Position numbers and translations under genes: made by a program. Shown one piece after another: positions 1 through 12,589 of a stretch of DNA of 64,000 nucleotides; position 1 is the stretch's first letter, and every line of letters starts with the position of its first letter. The DNA is from Lama glama. Taxonomy: Eukaryota. A model generated the notes under the pieces. That model was not told where the DNA came from, did no database searches, and was given only the letters and a program-made list of their open reading frames with translations. The stretch is from positions 21,888,001 through 21,952,000 of the forward strand of contig CM052832.1 of assembly GCA_028534125.1 (NCBI GenBank), given 5' to 3'.

Positions 1-426
1 TAACAGAACCCCTAGTCTGTTGGGAGCAACAACGTGACCAGTCTGAAATAAATGAAAATATATCACATTTCCTCGCCTCCCTTACAAATAGACGTAGTCA
101 TATGATATGGCTCCAGCCAATGAGATGCAAACACAGCATTTTGTGTGGGACTTCCTATAAAGTTCCTTTAAAGGAGGGACAAACTCAGCTGGCCTGGTCC
201 CTTTTTGTGAGGTAGGTATGAAGGCTGAGGAGTAGCAATCATTTTACATCATAATGCAAAAATCAATAAAACTTCAGAGACTCAGCCCTCACATCCTTGA
301 CTTGGTAAACTAAAGACAGTAAACTTCCCAACTACAGACTTTGCATTACACAAAGAAAAATGAATCCCCTATCTTATTTAAGGGCTTTCTATGACATGCA
401 GCTGAACTTCATTTCTAAGTGATGCA
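1..426 (+). mobile_element. Old ERVL-type solo LTR (LTR16/LTR33-like)
   Basis: acatttcctcgcctcccttacaaatagacgtagtcatatgatatggctccagccaatgagatg and the ...gacatgcagctgaac...tgatgca end resemble the LTR16/33 consensus. Confidence 0.55.
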
Positions 427-809
427 ATCTAATAAAAAAGAGAGATACAGAAAAAGTGCTAAGAAAAGTGACAGAGGAGGACACTTGTTCTGAAAGAGGA
501 AGGGGGTGGAAGGGCTCAGGAGAGTCAACATACAGAGAAAGCTAACACGTGAGCTGGCTCACTCATTTGTTCAACTCTTACTGTCAACCACTGTGTTAGG
601 TGCTGGGGTACAGATAAAAGACATAGTGGCTATCCCCAAGGAACTGTGAAATGGCTTACAGACAAAAACATTATTAAAATATATGGTTATCTGTATGGGC
701 AGCCACACACAGCTGTGCCAGACTGTGGCTACAAGGACTGGCATCCTTTTCTAACACCCACAAAGGTACCATCCACTCATCAGAGCTTGTACTTAAAGAT
801 GCCTTAAGG

Positions 810-1413
810 CCATTTTGATAATGTTGATTCTTTCAATCCAAGAGCACAAGGTCTCTTTCCATTTCTTTGTATCATCTTTAATTTCCTTCAATGTTTTACA
901 GTTTTTAAGAGTATAAGTAACCTCCATGGTTAAGTTTATCTCTAGGTATTTTGTTTTTGATGCAATGGAAATGTTTATGTCAGTTATAAAATTCTGGTTT
1001 TTGAAGTGAAAAAAACAGTGAATGAAGGGCTGCAAATGGCAAACCATCCTTTCTTACGTGTGAGTTGTACTCCATTACATATATACGCTGCATCTTTATC
1101 CATTCATCTATTGATGTGCACACAGGATGCTTCCATATCTTGGCAATTATAGAGAATGTTGCTGTTAAATAGTGGGGTGTATGTATCTTTTTAAATTAAT
1201 TCTTATTTTGTGGTTGGCTTTATTCTTTTGATAACTATGTAAGTTTAAAAAGCTAAAGTTCTAAACGTTCTTAGAAGCAATGAATAGTACATATATATAA
1301 ATTTTTTTAAATACGTGCAGTATATTGTGTATATGTATTTATATGCAATATATTATATATATGCAGTCAAACTGTAACAATTCTGCATAATAAAAATGAA
1401 AAATGAAAAAAAA
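810..1413. mobile_element. Rearranged L1 insertion (inverted ORF2 pieces plus a + strand poly-A end) with TSD
   Basis: The minus strand encodes L1 ORF2 KYLEINLT...KKWKETLCSWIERINIIKMA (about 810-965) and a degenerate ORF2 C-terminus (about 1040-1200). AATAAA at 1389-1394 is followed by an A-tail on +. Flanking direct repeats are aaagatgccttaagg (795-809) and aaaggtgccttaagg (1414-1428). Confidence 0.75.
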
Positions 1414-4042
1414 AAAGGTGCCTTAAGGACTGGCCTCAGCCCTTGAGGTATAAAAGCAGTAAGAGAGGTAACCATAGGGTACTTTGAGTAGAATCTGCAT
1501 CCACAGGTAAGACTACTAACTGAAGGCAGAGTTACACTTGACCTTGGATTCTTTTTATCCTTCACTGCCACCCCTATCCAGTTTCCCATGATCACAGACA
1601 ACCATGCCTTCATGTAGTGTAAAATCAAAGTCACTATTTTAGCATGGCCCAGAGGACACCTAATCCTAATTCTAACCATAAGAAAGAAACAGAAACAGTT
1701 AATGTTTAATATTTTAGTATCGTGTCCTGGGGGTTTAAAGGTCATACTTCTTTATTTCATTAATTCTCAGTTAATAAACAACCCTGCTGAGTGACCAAAA
1801 ATTAAGATTATGTTTTTCACACTTAAGAGCATAAGGGGAGAAAAAAAATACAAGTGTCTTTTTTTTTTTTTTTTGTCTGCTGTTGTATAAACACACACAC
1901 CAAGAATAAGTAGAATGTCTTTCAAACCAAAACAATAGGAAATCACTCTTGGCTGAAAGCACAGGCTTAGATCATGTTGATTTCTTCTTTAATCCTGCTA
2001 AAGCAAGTTTCTGCATGCTTTCTGGGGCCTCCACCTACAGAGCTGTTAGGACAATAGCCAACACATATATTTAATTACGTAAGTATTCAATGCTATCAGC
2101 CAGCTGTTGCCAGTACATAATACACTGACCTCTTTCACTTACTCTCTTGCTTAAAATGGCAAAAACAAAGCAACTGTTGATATAACAGTAATCATGAAAT
2201 ATGCAAAATCCCATTCTCCAAAAAGATGTTAGACAGCTATGAAACTCAGTTTTGCATTTTAAAAAGACTTACTACATCTAAACTGCTTTTTCTGTTCCTG
2301 GTTTGCAAATTAAGTAACTAATCTTTCAACTGTAAATCTTACTATTTCTTCATTTTTTTTTTTAAGTCAACCAGGAATTCAACCCTAAAACATAATTTCT
2401 CCTTTATTCCCTATCAAATTTCTTACTGGGATGTGTAACATAGTAATCTCCCTGCACTCCCACTCATCCCCATGTTTTCCACGGGTAAGGAGCAAGCAAC
2501 GAAAGCCTGTAGCAGGGAATGGGTCAAAATCTGCTCTGAATTATGTAACTCTCACCCCTCACTTTAGGAATCAACAGAGAGCTCTTCATTTATGTTTCCA
2601 GCAAGCATGTTCCTCAAATACCATTATTAACCCCCGACTAGCTGACAGGGAGAAAAACAAGACAAAGTCCTAGCGACAACGGAAAGTAGACTAAACAGAC
2701 TCACGACTTAAGATTTGAACGATACAAATTCACATACGGCAGACGGTAAGAAGACCTAACACATAAACAGCAACTTACCCAGAGAAATTTGGTCTCCATC
2801 GAATCAGCTTTCAATTCAACAACAACTTAGTGCCAACTATTTCCCAGGCACTGTTCCAGAGACCAAGGATACCCCAGCAAACAAGTGAGTGCACACCACT
2901 GTCCGCAGAGATCTTACTGTTGGACTCCCCCCACAAAGATCCTGTACTACAGCAAGTTAGCCTTTCCAACACCCTACGACAGCCATGTTGATTTTTCCCC
3001 CACTTTGTGTTTTGATGTTGTTTGCCCATTCATTGAAACTGGACAATCTCATACTCAGATGTAAGATGAGTGCTGTGATATTAATATAGTTATATAATTA
3101 ACAATATACTTAACACAAAATTATACATTAACCATGACTTGCTAACACCCTGGTAGCAGAATAATGCTAACTAAGCTGTCTTCCCAAAAAAGGAAGAATC
3201 AGTTCAACCTAATTGTACAAATACATGTTGAATATAACTGTGTGTCTAAAGCAAGGTCAAACACTACCTGGTTTTTATCTACACCTTTCCTACCCTCTGA
3301 CTCAAGACGAGATGCTTCAATTAATCCAATGATCGAGTCCTGAAGCAGGCCCAGCTCACTAAGTTTGGCAGGAAGAACAGGGTCCAGCCATTCACAGTTG
3401 AGCGTCTGCCAGGTGACTGAGCAATACTCCAAGAAAGGGAGAAGAGATACTTCTTTTACTGCTTGCCTCTGGAAATAACCTGTGGACCATCAGTCACAAA
3501 CCAAGTTTTCTGTCTCATTTAGGACAACAAGGAGCAGGTTTCTTCCTAGTTTATAAGCAAAACATTAAAAAAAAAAAGGTTTCTTAAAAAGAGAGCCCTT
3601 TAATACAATCTTTGAAAATCAGAATGTTTTTCCCCTTTTTCAAATATACAGCCTGACTCTACATGGGATTCACAGGGGCTCTGGGAGCCTCTTCTCAGAA
3701 CAGCTGACAGTCTTCCTCTATTAACGGTATCTGTTTCCTAAGAAAAGGAAAATCATTACATGGTAGAGTCAGAAAGTTAGACTCCATAAAAAAGGATTTT
3801 CCTGAGGTCAACTACCTGATCTGAGGACTCACAATCTAGGAGAGAACCAAATATGTAAACAAATAATAAAATGTGATACGCAACAATGGATGTTTGTATG
3901 GGATAAAGAAGTGATTTACCTCTGTGTACCTGGAGGTAAAGGGTGGGAGTTAGAAGGGAGATAACCTTACAGATGATATTACCTTTGATATGAGTTCCAA
4001 AAGATGACTAGGTTGCCAAGCAGGATTACCTAAGATGCATGA

Positions 4043-4048
<6 letters not shown>

Positions 4049-4092
<44 letters not shown>
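4049..4092. repeat. (GT)22 microsatellite
   Basis: Read directly from the sequence. Confidence 0.97.
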
Positions 4093-4095
<3 letters not shown>

Positions 4096-6334
4096 CGCAC
4101 GCGCTCATGCATACACATGCACACATGCATCCATTTTGGGGAAAGGGAAAGCATATTCCAGAAAAGAGGGAAAAACATGCAAGCACATTATGAGCCTGGA
4201 AAAATATAATTTAGGCGAGAAGTAAAATTCTATGGAGGAATGGTGAGAAGTCGGAGAGGTAGGCAAGGAACAGATTTTTTCAAAGACCTTGTTACACTAA
4301 GAAATTCTATCTTATCCTGTAGCTGAGACCAATACAGGGTGTGATGGAGGGGAAGGTTTGACCTGGAACAGAAAAGCAGCTGAGATCAAGCTAAATTTCT
4401 AGTGTAATATGAAGAGCAAGAGATACTAAGGCCCATTACTAAAATAGAAAGGATTAAAGTTAAAAGACAGGTTCCTAGTTCATGGCAATCTGATGAAACA
4501 TGAGAACACAGTGGTTCACTGCAGGTTCCAAGAAGCAATAAAATACTAGTAACATAGGGCAAAACTAAAGAGGAAGAAGAGGTCAAAGGGAAGAAGGAAA
4601 AGATAATTTAGAAGGAGAATGAATTCTTAAGGATGGGGAAAATAAGGGAGGGAAACAGGGAGTCAAAGAAAACTCTCAGACTATCTGATAGGTGACTATG
4701 CAGCCAAACAAGACAGGCAATACGAATAGGAACCCCAGCTGGGGTAAAGGTGAGGGAGATAACGAAGAGGTTCCGACGCAATGATGTCAACAGTCAACGG
4801 GGCATCTAAGTCCAGAAAGCAACTGGACGTACAAGCTTAGTTTCTGGAAGGAGAGAGGAGTATCAGAAACATAAATCTGAAGTAATAAGCACACAGATAG
4901 TATCTGAACAGTAAAAGTAGAAAAAAAAAGTAGGAGTAAATGTAAACTCATGCTAAGAACAGCACTGTTTAGAGAAAAACCATTGCATTAGACAAAACTT
5001 GATGGACAACACACGTTAAGTCAAACAGTACAATATTTGGACAGACTTCCCATATAGAGGAAAACTTCTTGGTGGGAAAGAGTAGCTGGAACCACGAAGA
5101 CTGCGACCGGTCAAAGCATACGATGAGTCACTGTATCTGCTACTCACATTGTAAAGAAGAACATAAAACTGACACCAAACCAAAGCCCTTTCATACAACT
5201 AAAAAAGCCAAAATTAAAATATCTATGTTTACAGAAACATCCACAGCCTATGGCACTAAAAGTAAGTTATACAAGTTGTGTTACCTAACCTGTTTCTTGC
5301 ACAAGGGCCAAACTAAAACTCACTGTTATTTTTATCTCCCAGCGCCCATTTTTTTAATTAAAAAAAGAATGATAACCTGATTACTCATAAATCTAGTTAA
5401 AAATAGAACCAGTCTAGTCTTCTTTTCCCTTTAAACTGGATAATTGCTAACTCAAAGAGAAAGCATTTCTCTGTTCTTAATAAGCCAGCTTTTTTGAAAG
5501 CAATTTATTTTCCAAATTCAAGTTGAAATAATATTCTGGTACCTCCCCCAACTTCAATTTACGATGAAGAGCTTAAAGTTAAATCCACATGAAGCAAAAA
5601 AGTATTTTCATAATAGGAGTGGCCATTCAATAATTTATGTCTGATCAACAGAATGCTATAAAAAGAGCACTCCTACAGACGTAAGATATCAGATTATCCT
5701 CTGTCTCAACACACACTTTTCTTCTTTGTCCACTTCTCCTTACACTCCCACTGTTCTTTTCAAGTAATTTCACTCAGATATCTAAACCATCCCTTCAACA
5801 TTACCATTTATTTCTACAAGCAAAGGTAGTTCAAAGAACTAGTGACTCCTGTCTATCTGCTATCAGTATGGCTAAACCACAGTGCCTATTTGGGTTAACA
5901 ACACACAAGGTCAAGGAGAGGTTGACAGTCCATGATCAAAGCAAGCTGGCTATTCTTTCTGTCATTTATATAGAACACACAAGACGTGTTTATTTTCACC
6001 AGCCTCTGAATGACCTCCTTTAGGTGGCATGGAAAAGATCCCACATTTCTATGAAGCATTAACCAAAGGAGTTTTCTTGTTTGATACTCTCATTAAGAGC
6101 AAATTTTTTTTTGAAACTTTTGATCTCTTTTCGTTTACTCAAGAACCCCTCAAGTTAAAGGCCATATTGTCTAAATCAAATGGTAATAGTGGATAAAACA
6201 AGGCCAGGGCAACTGGCAAAATATCAAGAAGAAAGCATATGCCTACCACAGGCTGCCATCACAAAACATGGGGCTCATTAGCAATCTTTCCAAAATTAGT
6301 AAAGGCAATATAGCATTTAAGATTTCAAAGTTCA

Positions 6335-6527
6335 GGGGGGAGGGTATAACTCAGTGGTAGAGCGCATGTTTAGCATGCAAGAGGTCCTAGGTTCAGTCTC
6401 CAGTACCTCCATTAAAAAAATAAATAAATAAACCTAATTACCTCCCCCAAACTGCCCCCACACAAAAAGAGGACGTCCTCCCAAAAAAAAAAAATCCTCA
6501 GTAATAAAAATATTATTTAAAAAAAAA
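6335..6527 (+). mobile_element. tRNA-derived camelid SINE (vic-1-like)
   Basis: ggggagggtataactcagtggtagagcgcatgtttagcatgcaagaggtcctaggttcagtctccagtacctcc head with A/B-box-like motifs and an A-rich tail. Perfect 16-bp TSD aagatttcaaagttca at 6319-6334 and 6528-6543. Confidence 0.9.
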
Positions 6528-6914
6528 AAGATTTCAAAGTTCAAAAGGTAGACCCCCAAAAAATGATTCTTAACTCCGTTTTTGCTACTTAAAACTCCTA
6601 CTCTTCTATCAAACTGAGCATCAATAATACAAACACTATAAAAACGTTAGTAATTAGATCAACCAGTAGAAAGTCAGTATGAAGTACTGAGCAGTCCAGC
6701 CTCCAGATGAACAGAAGTACATTTTCATATAAGGTATGTTCCTTTGACTAGGTTAAGCAATTATTTTAAGATAGAATGACTTACTACCAGCACTAGTTTA
6801 TGTAATGAAATTATTAAGCTATTTTTAAGCCAATATTATCTGTGGCCAGTTAAATAATACTGCCCCCCCAATACTGTTTATACTGTGAAGCTGCAAAAGT
6901 AATACCTTTCTCTA

Positions 6915-6953
6915 CCACCACCACCACCACCACCACCACCACCACCACCACCA
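6915..6953. repeat. (CCA)13 trinucleotide microsatellite
   Basis: Read directly from the sequence. Confidence 0.95.
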
Positions 6954-8959
6954 AGAGACAAAAAAAAATCAGCCCATGACTGTCTTGTCACAAATTCACA
7001 ATTCAGTGATCTTAATCAAAGAGAGACTGCATTTATCAAGTGAAAGATACTGAATCTCCCAGAGTTATTTTTCTTTACTCCTGTTAAAATAAGACTGTCC
7101 ACTGCCTGGTGGCTCAAGAGAGATAAAATGAGTTGATAATAGACAAACAACTACTAAACACCGAGAATACATTGGAAGAGAAGCAAAAGCAGATGATGAG
7201 AAGCAATGGCAGTCACTCAGAAATTAGTGGCCACATGAAGTGACCACTATTTGGCGGGGGGTGGGGGGAGTTAGTCCAGGTTAGAAAAAAACATAGCTCC
7301 CAGCCTGTGCCGTAAATCTGTGAATTTGAGCATAAAGGAAGAGGCGTAACTGAGCTAGGAGAGATGAAACCCCCTATCAGGCTCTCCTTGAATTCAAATG
7401 TTGTCTCACTGTCATGGGGGAAAAGATGCACGCCAGTGAGGAGGCTGAAGGGAAAGGATGGAGCTAGAGGTTGAGAGAAGACAAATGTGTAGCGTGACTG
7501 CAGGTGTAATCAACTTTATGAACATTCATCTCGGTTTTGCTTTGTTAGGAGATGGTGATGACAAGGGGGAAACATCTAAATAAAGCAAAACACTGGACAA
7601 GAGTAGGTAATCTGTCACTGAAAGTCTTTAAATGTATAAATATCACCTGAATTTGATGTTTTCTCAGTGATAACTGTTACTGCACCTTCTACAGGATTAT
7701 GTTTATTCTGGAAACAAGCCAAATGTTAGTTTAGGTGTTATGGACTAGTTATGACTATCAAAAGCCTTCAAAGCCATTTAAAAAAATACCTGTAATACTG
7801 TTTTTAAATTTTCTTTCAATCAAGCAGAACAGTGCATTAAAGGAATCTGTGCTCACCAACCACCAGCTTTACAGTGTCAAATGACAAACGTATCTTAAGT
7901 GATCACCTCACTGAATCATTCACACACCATATCGTTACTCTGAACCACATTCACAATGCAGTTTATACATAAGAAAACCCACTGACACAAATTACATTTC
8001 AGTTTTTAAGTCAGCTTTTAGAAACAGTCTAGAAGTGTACCCATTAATTACATTATAAAATTGATAATCACAGAAATTAAATTCTCTGGGTTCTGTACTC
8101 AGCAGGTATCAGTAACACTAAAATATCTTTATATTTTATATGTCCTTCTTATAGGGGAAAAAAGGTAGATAACTGGGGAACATGACAGACTTCTCATAAA
8201 ATAAAAAGCGTGCCTTGACAATGAGCAGCACCTGGCAGACATCATGCTCTGCTCTTGGTTTAATTCTCCCTTCTCCTAACCAAAACCCTAACTCCACTGT
8301 TCCATCCCACACCACTACCCTCTTCTGAGCCCCCACCATCAACCAGGTGATAACTTCTCTGCTCCTTCCATAACTTCTGAGTTGAAGATGCCATCATATT
8401 CAACTATCGCTTCTATGGAAAAAATATAAAATCTGCATCTCAACAGCCTTAGAGAATTTCATCTGTAAAACAGATGTTGCATCATCTGGAAGACAGGAAT
8501 AGAGTAAGAATCTACAACTCATGGACAGACTGCAAGAATTAAGCTAGGTAATATACAATTGATGCAAAGCACTTCTAATAGTCACACAGAAGACACTCGA
8601 TAAAGATCAAATATCACCCATTGCTTTATTACAATATTTAGCTGTGACTTCAAATACAGCATGTTCAAAACTAAAACATGTCCTCCCTCAAGTTGAACTC
8701 CCTTTCTGGAATTCCCTATTTCATTCTAGTCAGAGACTTTGGGAGTCACATTCAATAATGTTGAAAATGTAAAGAATTCTTTCTCAAGTCAACTCTTTCC
8801 TTCCAACTCTGAATACTTCCACTTGAAACGAGGCCATCACGATCTGGACTGCTACTCCAACTCTGTCCTACATGCACTCCTGATCATATCCTTCCTTAAG
8901 CCCAATCATCCTTCACACTGCTGCAAGAATTAACCCTTGAGAGCCAGGGAGTAAACGTA

Positions 8960-10780
8960 ACTAGAAAGTGAGTTTTTAAAAAAATTACCATTTACAATAG
9001 TATAAGGATAAAAAATACTTTACAGATAAAAGGAAAAAGGATAGTTTAAATAAATGATACTGGAACAATTTGGTTGTCCATACATCGTTAGAGAAAAAAA
9101 TCAAAAAGATGCTGTAGGAGCTATATGAATAAATTATAAATCCTTAGAAAGTCAAAGAAGACCCAAATATATTATTCACAAATTGGAAACATCAAAATGT
9201 AAAAGCTACCAATTTTCCCCTCAAAGGCATCAACAGATTCAATGTGATCACAATCAAAATCTCAACAGTATTCCTTGTTGAACTTAAAACCTTACATTAA
9301 ATTCATATGGAAGGGCGAAGGGCAAAGAAAAGCCAGGACACTCTTAAAGAAGAACAAAAAGACATGAGCACTATCAAATATCTAGACTTCATATAAATCT
9401 ATACTAATTGTGACTGCGTAGAATAAGCACCGGAATAAAGAAACAGAAGCAAACAGAGCCCAGGGACAGACCCAACCATCTCTGGATGCTCAGTGCATGA
9501 CAGAGCAGGTAATACATAGATATAAGGAGAAGGGCATATTTTTTAAAACAGAAAATAATAAATGATACTGGAAAAATCTGGTGCCTACAGGAAAAATAAG
9601 ATAAAACCCCGTTTCTGGCATCATACACAAAAAAATTAACTCCAGATGGATTATAAACCTAAATGTAAGAAGTAAAAACCAAGAAGCTTTTAGAAGAAAA
9701 TATTGGAAAATATCTTAACAACATCAGGTTAAGGAAAGACTTCTTGAACAATAAGAGCACAGATCCAAAGGATAAATTTTAAACCAGAGTTTCTCTTCAT
9801 CTTAAGAAACCATTAAAAAAAGTCAAAAGATAAACCACAATTGGTATTTGAAACATGTGTAACATGTAAGAATTTGTAAGTAGACTATAAATAATGTATT
9901 CCCACAAATAATAAAAAGATAAGTCAACATGAAAAAATATTCAAAAAGCTGTGTCACAGAAAAGGAAAATCCAAATGGCCAATAAACATATAAAAAAGAT
10001 GCTCAACATTATTAGTCATCATGGAAATGCAGACTAAAACCATACTGAAATACCATCGCCACCACCAGACTGGCAAAAAGTTAGAAGTCTGACCATATGA
10101 AGTATTGGCAAGAATGGAGAACAACCACACTCATCTATTACTGGTGGGAGTGAACACCTGGCACATCCATTTGGGAAAAGAGTTCAGCATTACCAAGCAA
10201 AGTATGAATATGTACACACTTGTGACCCAATAATTCAACTCCTAGGTACATATCCTAAAACAACTCTGACACATGTGCACCAGAAAGCATGTTCAAAATA
10301 TTCAAAGACACACTGCACAGGAAAACAAAACACTGGGAAAACTCAAAACTCTATCAATAATAAAGTGGATAAACTAACAGATTCATTTAGTGAAATACTA
10401 TGAATGGTCAGCGTTATTTTACATCCATCAACATGGATAAATCTAAAAGCAAAATGCTGAGGAAAAGCAGCAAATCTTAGAACACAAACAGTGTAAGTCC
10501 AACAAACACAGTTTATAACAGGGCAAAACTAAACAACACATTGTTTAGAGGTACATTTAAGAGATGACAAATTTACTAATAAAAGGAAGGGAATGACTCA
10601 CCAAAGTCAGGATAAAGATTACTTCTGGGGATATGACAAAAAGAAACACACAGCGGTTTTCAAGGTCTTGACTATGCCTTCTTTCTTACGCTGGGTGGGG
10701 GGTTAAGTTTATTACCCTTACTTAAACTGTACATGTTTCATAAACGCATTTATGTAAGATACATTTCATAGTAAAAATCA
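8960..10780 (+). mobile_element. Ancient L1 (L1M-type) ORF2 3' part and 3' UTR
   Basis: Degenerate L1 motifs: cagattcaatgtgatcacaatcaaaatc, aattaactccagatggattataaacctaaatgt, atggccaataaacatataaaaaagatgctcaacattattagtcatc. Confidence 0.85.
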
Positions 10781-11490
10781 ATGTGGTAGGGGGTGAGTTT
10801 GAGAGTGAAGTTAGGAAATGGATAATCTTAAAGGTTTCTCGGGAAAGGCAAGGAGAAAAATAGGACAATAGCTAAAAGGGGTGCATGGAGCCGATCAGAC
10901 CTGAGCGCGTTTAAATACCGATAAAAAGACACCAGTGCGGTTGGAGAGGTTGAAAATATAAACAGATGAGGCAACAATTTATAGAATGAAGGTTCTAAAA
11001 AGGTGGATAGAGTAAGATTCAGAGCAGATATGAGAAAGGATACTTCTTTCACTTTAACTTGAACAACAAAGCAAGAGCCAAGGATTATATGCCCACTCCC
11101 CCTGATGAACTGTAATTCCCTTGATGGCCAGACATCATTAGCATCCAGAACAGTGCTGAGGTGCAGAGAGGAGAAAAGAGGAAAGGACTGTTTCAGATTG
11201 TTCCAGAATGTATGGACTGGATTCCCTGGGAAGAGTATGTTGTTAATACTTAATAGATACTCAAATTACCTATTAGCTAACTTCACACATACTCAAATAC
11301 CTATTAGAAAAATCTACATTAAAGTTTTTTTATTAGATAAATTCAAAACACTATGATGCTAAAAGTCCAACTGACTTTCTTTGATAACATACTGAATATT
11401 TGTAATATTAAGAATCTTTTAAAAGCTAATTTCCTAAAAGTAATTCTTACGTCACTTATAAAAGAAAAAAAAAGGTCAATTTCCACTTAC

Positions 11491-11575
11491 TTAATTGAGT
11501 TTCTAAAGTGGTCTTCAGCCGGATTTTTTACAGTACAACTGTTCAGAAGCCATAAATCTGCGTCTGATGCATTTT
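11491..11575 (-). CDS. CDKAL1: CDKAL1 internal coding exon (human exon 5 equivalent, about residues 96-124), N-terminal MTTase/UPF0004 domain
   Basis: Minus strand reads ...tatgtttttaatag|AA AAT GCA TCA GAC GCA GAT TTA TGG CTT CTG AAC AGT TGT ACT GTA AAA AAT CCG GCT GAA GAC CAC TTT AGA AAC TCA ATT AA|gtaagt. It is 85 nt, enters in phase 1 and exits in phase 2. The translation (E)[27 protein letters not shown](K) is identical to human CDKAL1 as recalled and includes the NSC cysteine that ligates the auxiliary 4Fe-4S cluster. The ORF track misses it. Confidence 0.97.
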
Positions 11576-12589
11576 CTATTAAAAACATAAATATGATAAA
11601 TAAAAGTAAGTATCACATTTCATCAGTCAAAAATATCCAAGTGCTTACTCAGATGGCACTGGGCCCACAGGGGGAGAGCAGAGAGACCTAGCGAACAGAA
11701 TCAGGTAAACAGGCAATTACAAAGCAGTAGATAACTCCTCTAATATGGAAACAGTGATGAGAAATAAGTATTAAAGTATACAACCTGTGCTAGTATCTTC
11801 CCATTTACAATATAAAGAGGATAAGCATTTTCTTCCTGTATTTTCAATCCTGTGAGTATTTAATAACTTCCAAAAACTAAAGTGAAATTGGCCGAATCTC
11901 AATATGAAATTAAGTACTCCTTTTTGGTCTGTGTGTTCTTATTTTTCAGGCACGTGTATTATCATACACTGAACATTCTTCAGCTTGAGAAGTTATTAAA
12001 AACATAATCTGTCTTCCATGAAAAAAATACTGACTTACATCAAAGTGAGCCGTTTATTTCTCTAAGTTGACTGGATATTGCTGTATAAGGTACTAAACTC
12101 ACCAGCAAGGCAACCAATCACGCAAGCTCATCTTGTTTACCGAAATGAATCTGAAAACGCCTGTAATGTCTGATGCTATTCCAACCGCCCTACCGCCTAA
12201 AAGGACTTACACATTAAAATAGGGTTACACCAATGAAAGGAAAACCCAAACTGAAAACTGCAGCACTTTCAAGGGTCTTTCAATAAGAACAGAAGCTAAG
12301 GTCAAAAGACAGGAAGAACTAAGGACACAGGGATGTCTGTGTGCACCTTCTCTCCCTGGGAAGGAGCTTTAGGTGAGAGCACTATGTGAGCGCAACGGCG
12401 AGCACAGCAAAGTTCCTAGTAACTTGGCAATACTTCTTCCCGCGTCTTATTACAAAAACAGTAAAAAATTTTTATAAAGAGGTAAGATCCAAAACTTCTT
12501 GAAATGCTAACAAGCCAAGGGAAGGGCCTCATTACTGAGTGTCAGCTGAATACTGGACCCTCCTAACTTGTCTCACTCCTTCCATTCAT

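Larger units (their letters stand above)
1..11490 (-). other. CDKAL1: CDKAL1 intron 5 (5' part)
   Basis: Begins with the GTAAGT donor at 11490-11485. No sequence for the next exon (KAQEENKKIVLAGC...) was found before the window start. Confidence 0.9.

Noticed and set aside
3199..3432. 77-aa minus ORF that looks protein-like
   Set aside because: Non-ATG start, no match to CDKAL1 or any protein I recognise, and no convincing splice-site pair.
6335..6410. tRNA gene (tRNA-Ala-like head)
   Set aside because: Followed by an A-rich tail, flanked by a TSD and present in three diverged copies, so it is a SINE.
11353..11691. 112-aa + strand ORF
   Set aside because: Antisense shadow of the real CDKAL1 exon with no recognisable protein.
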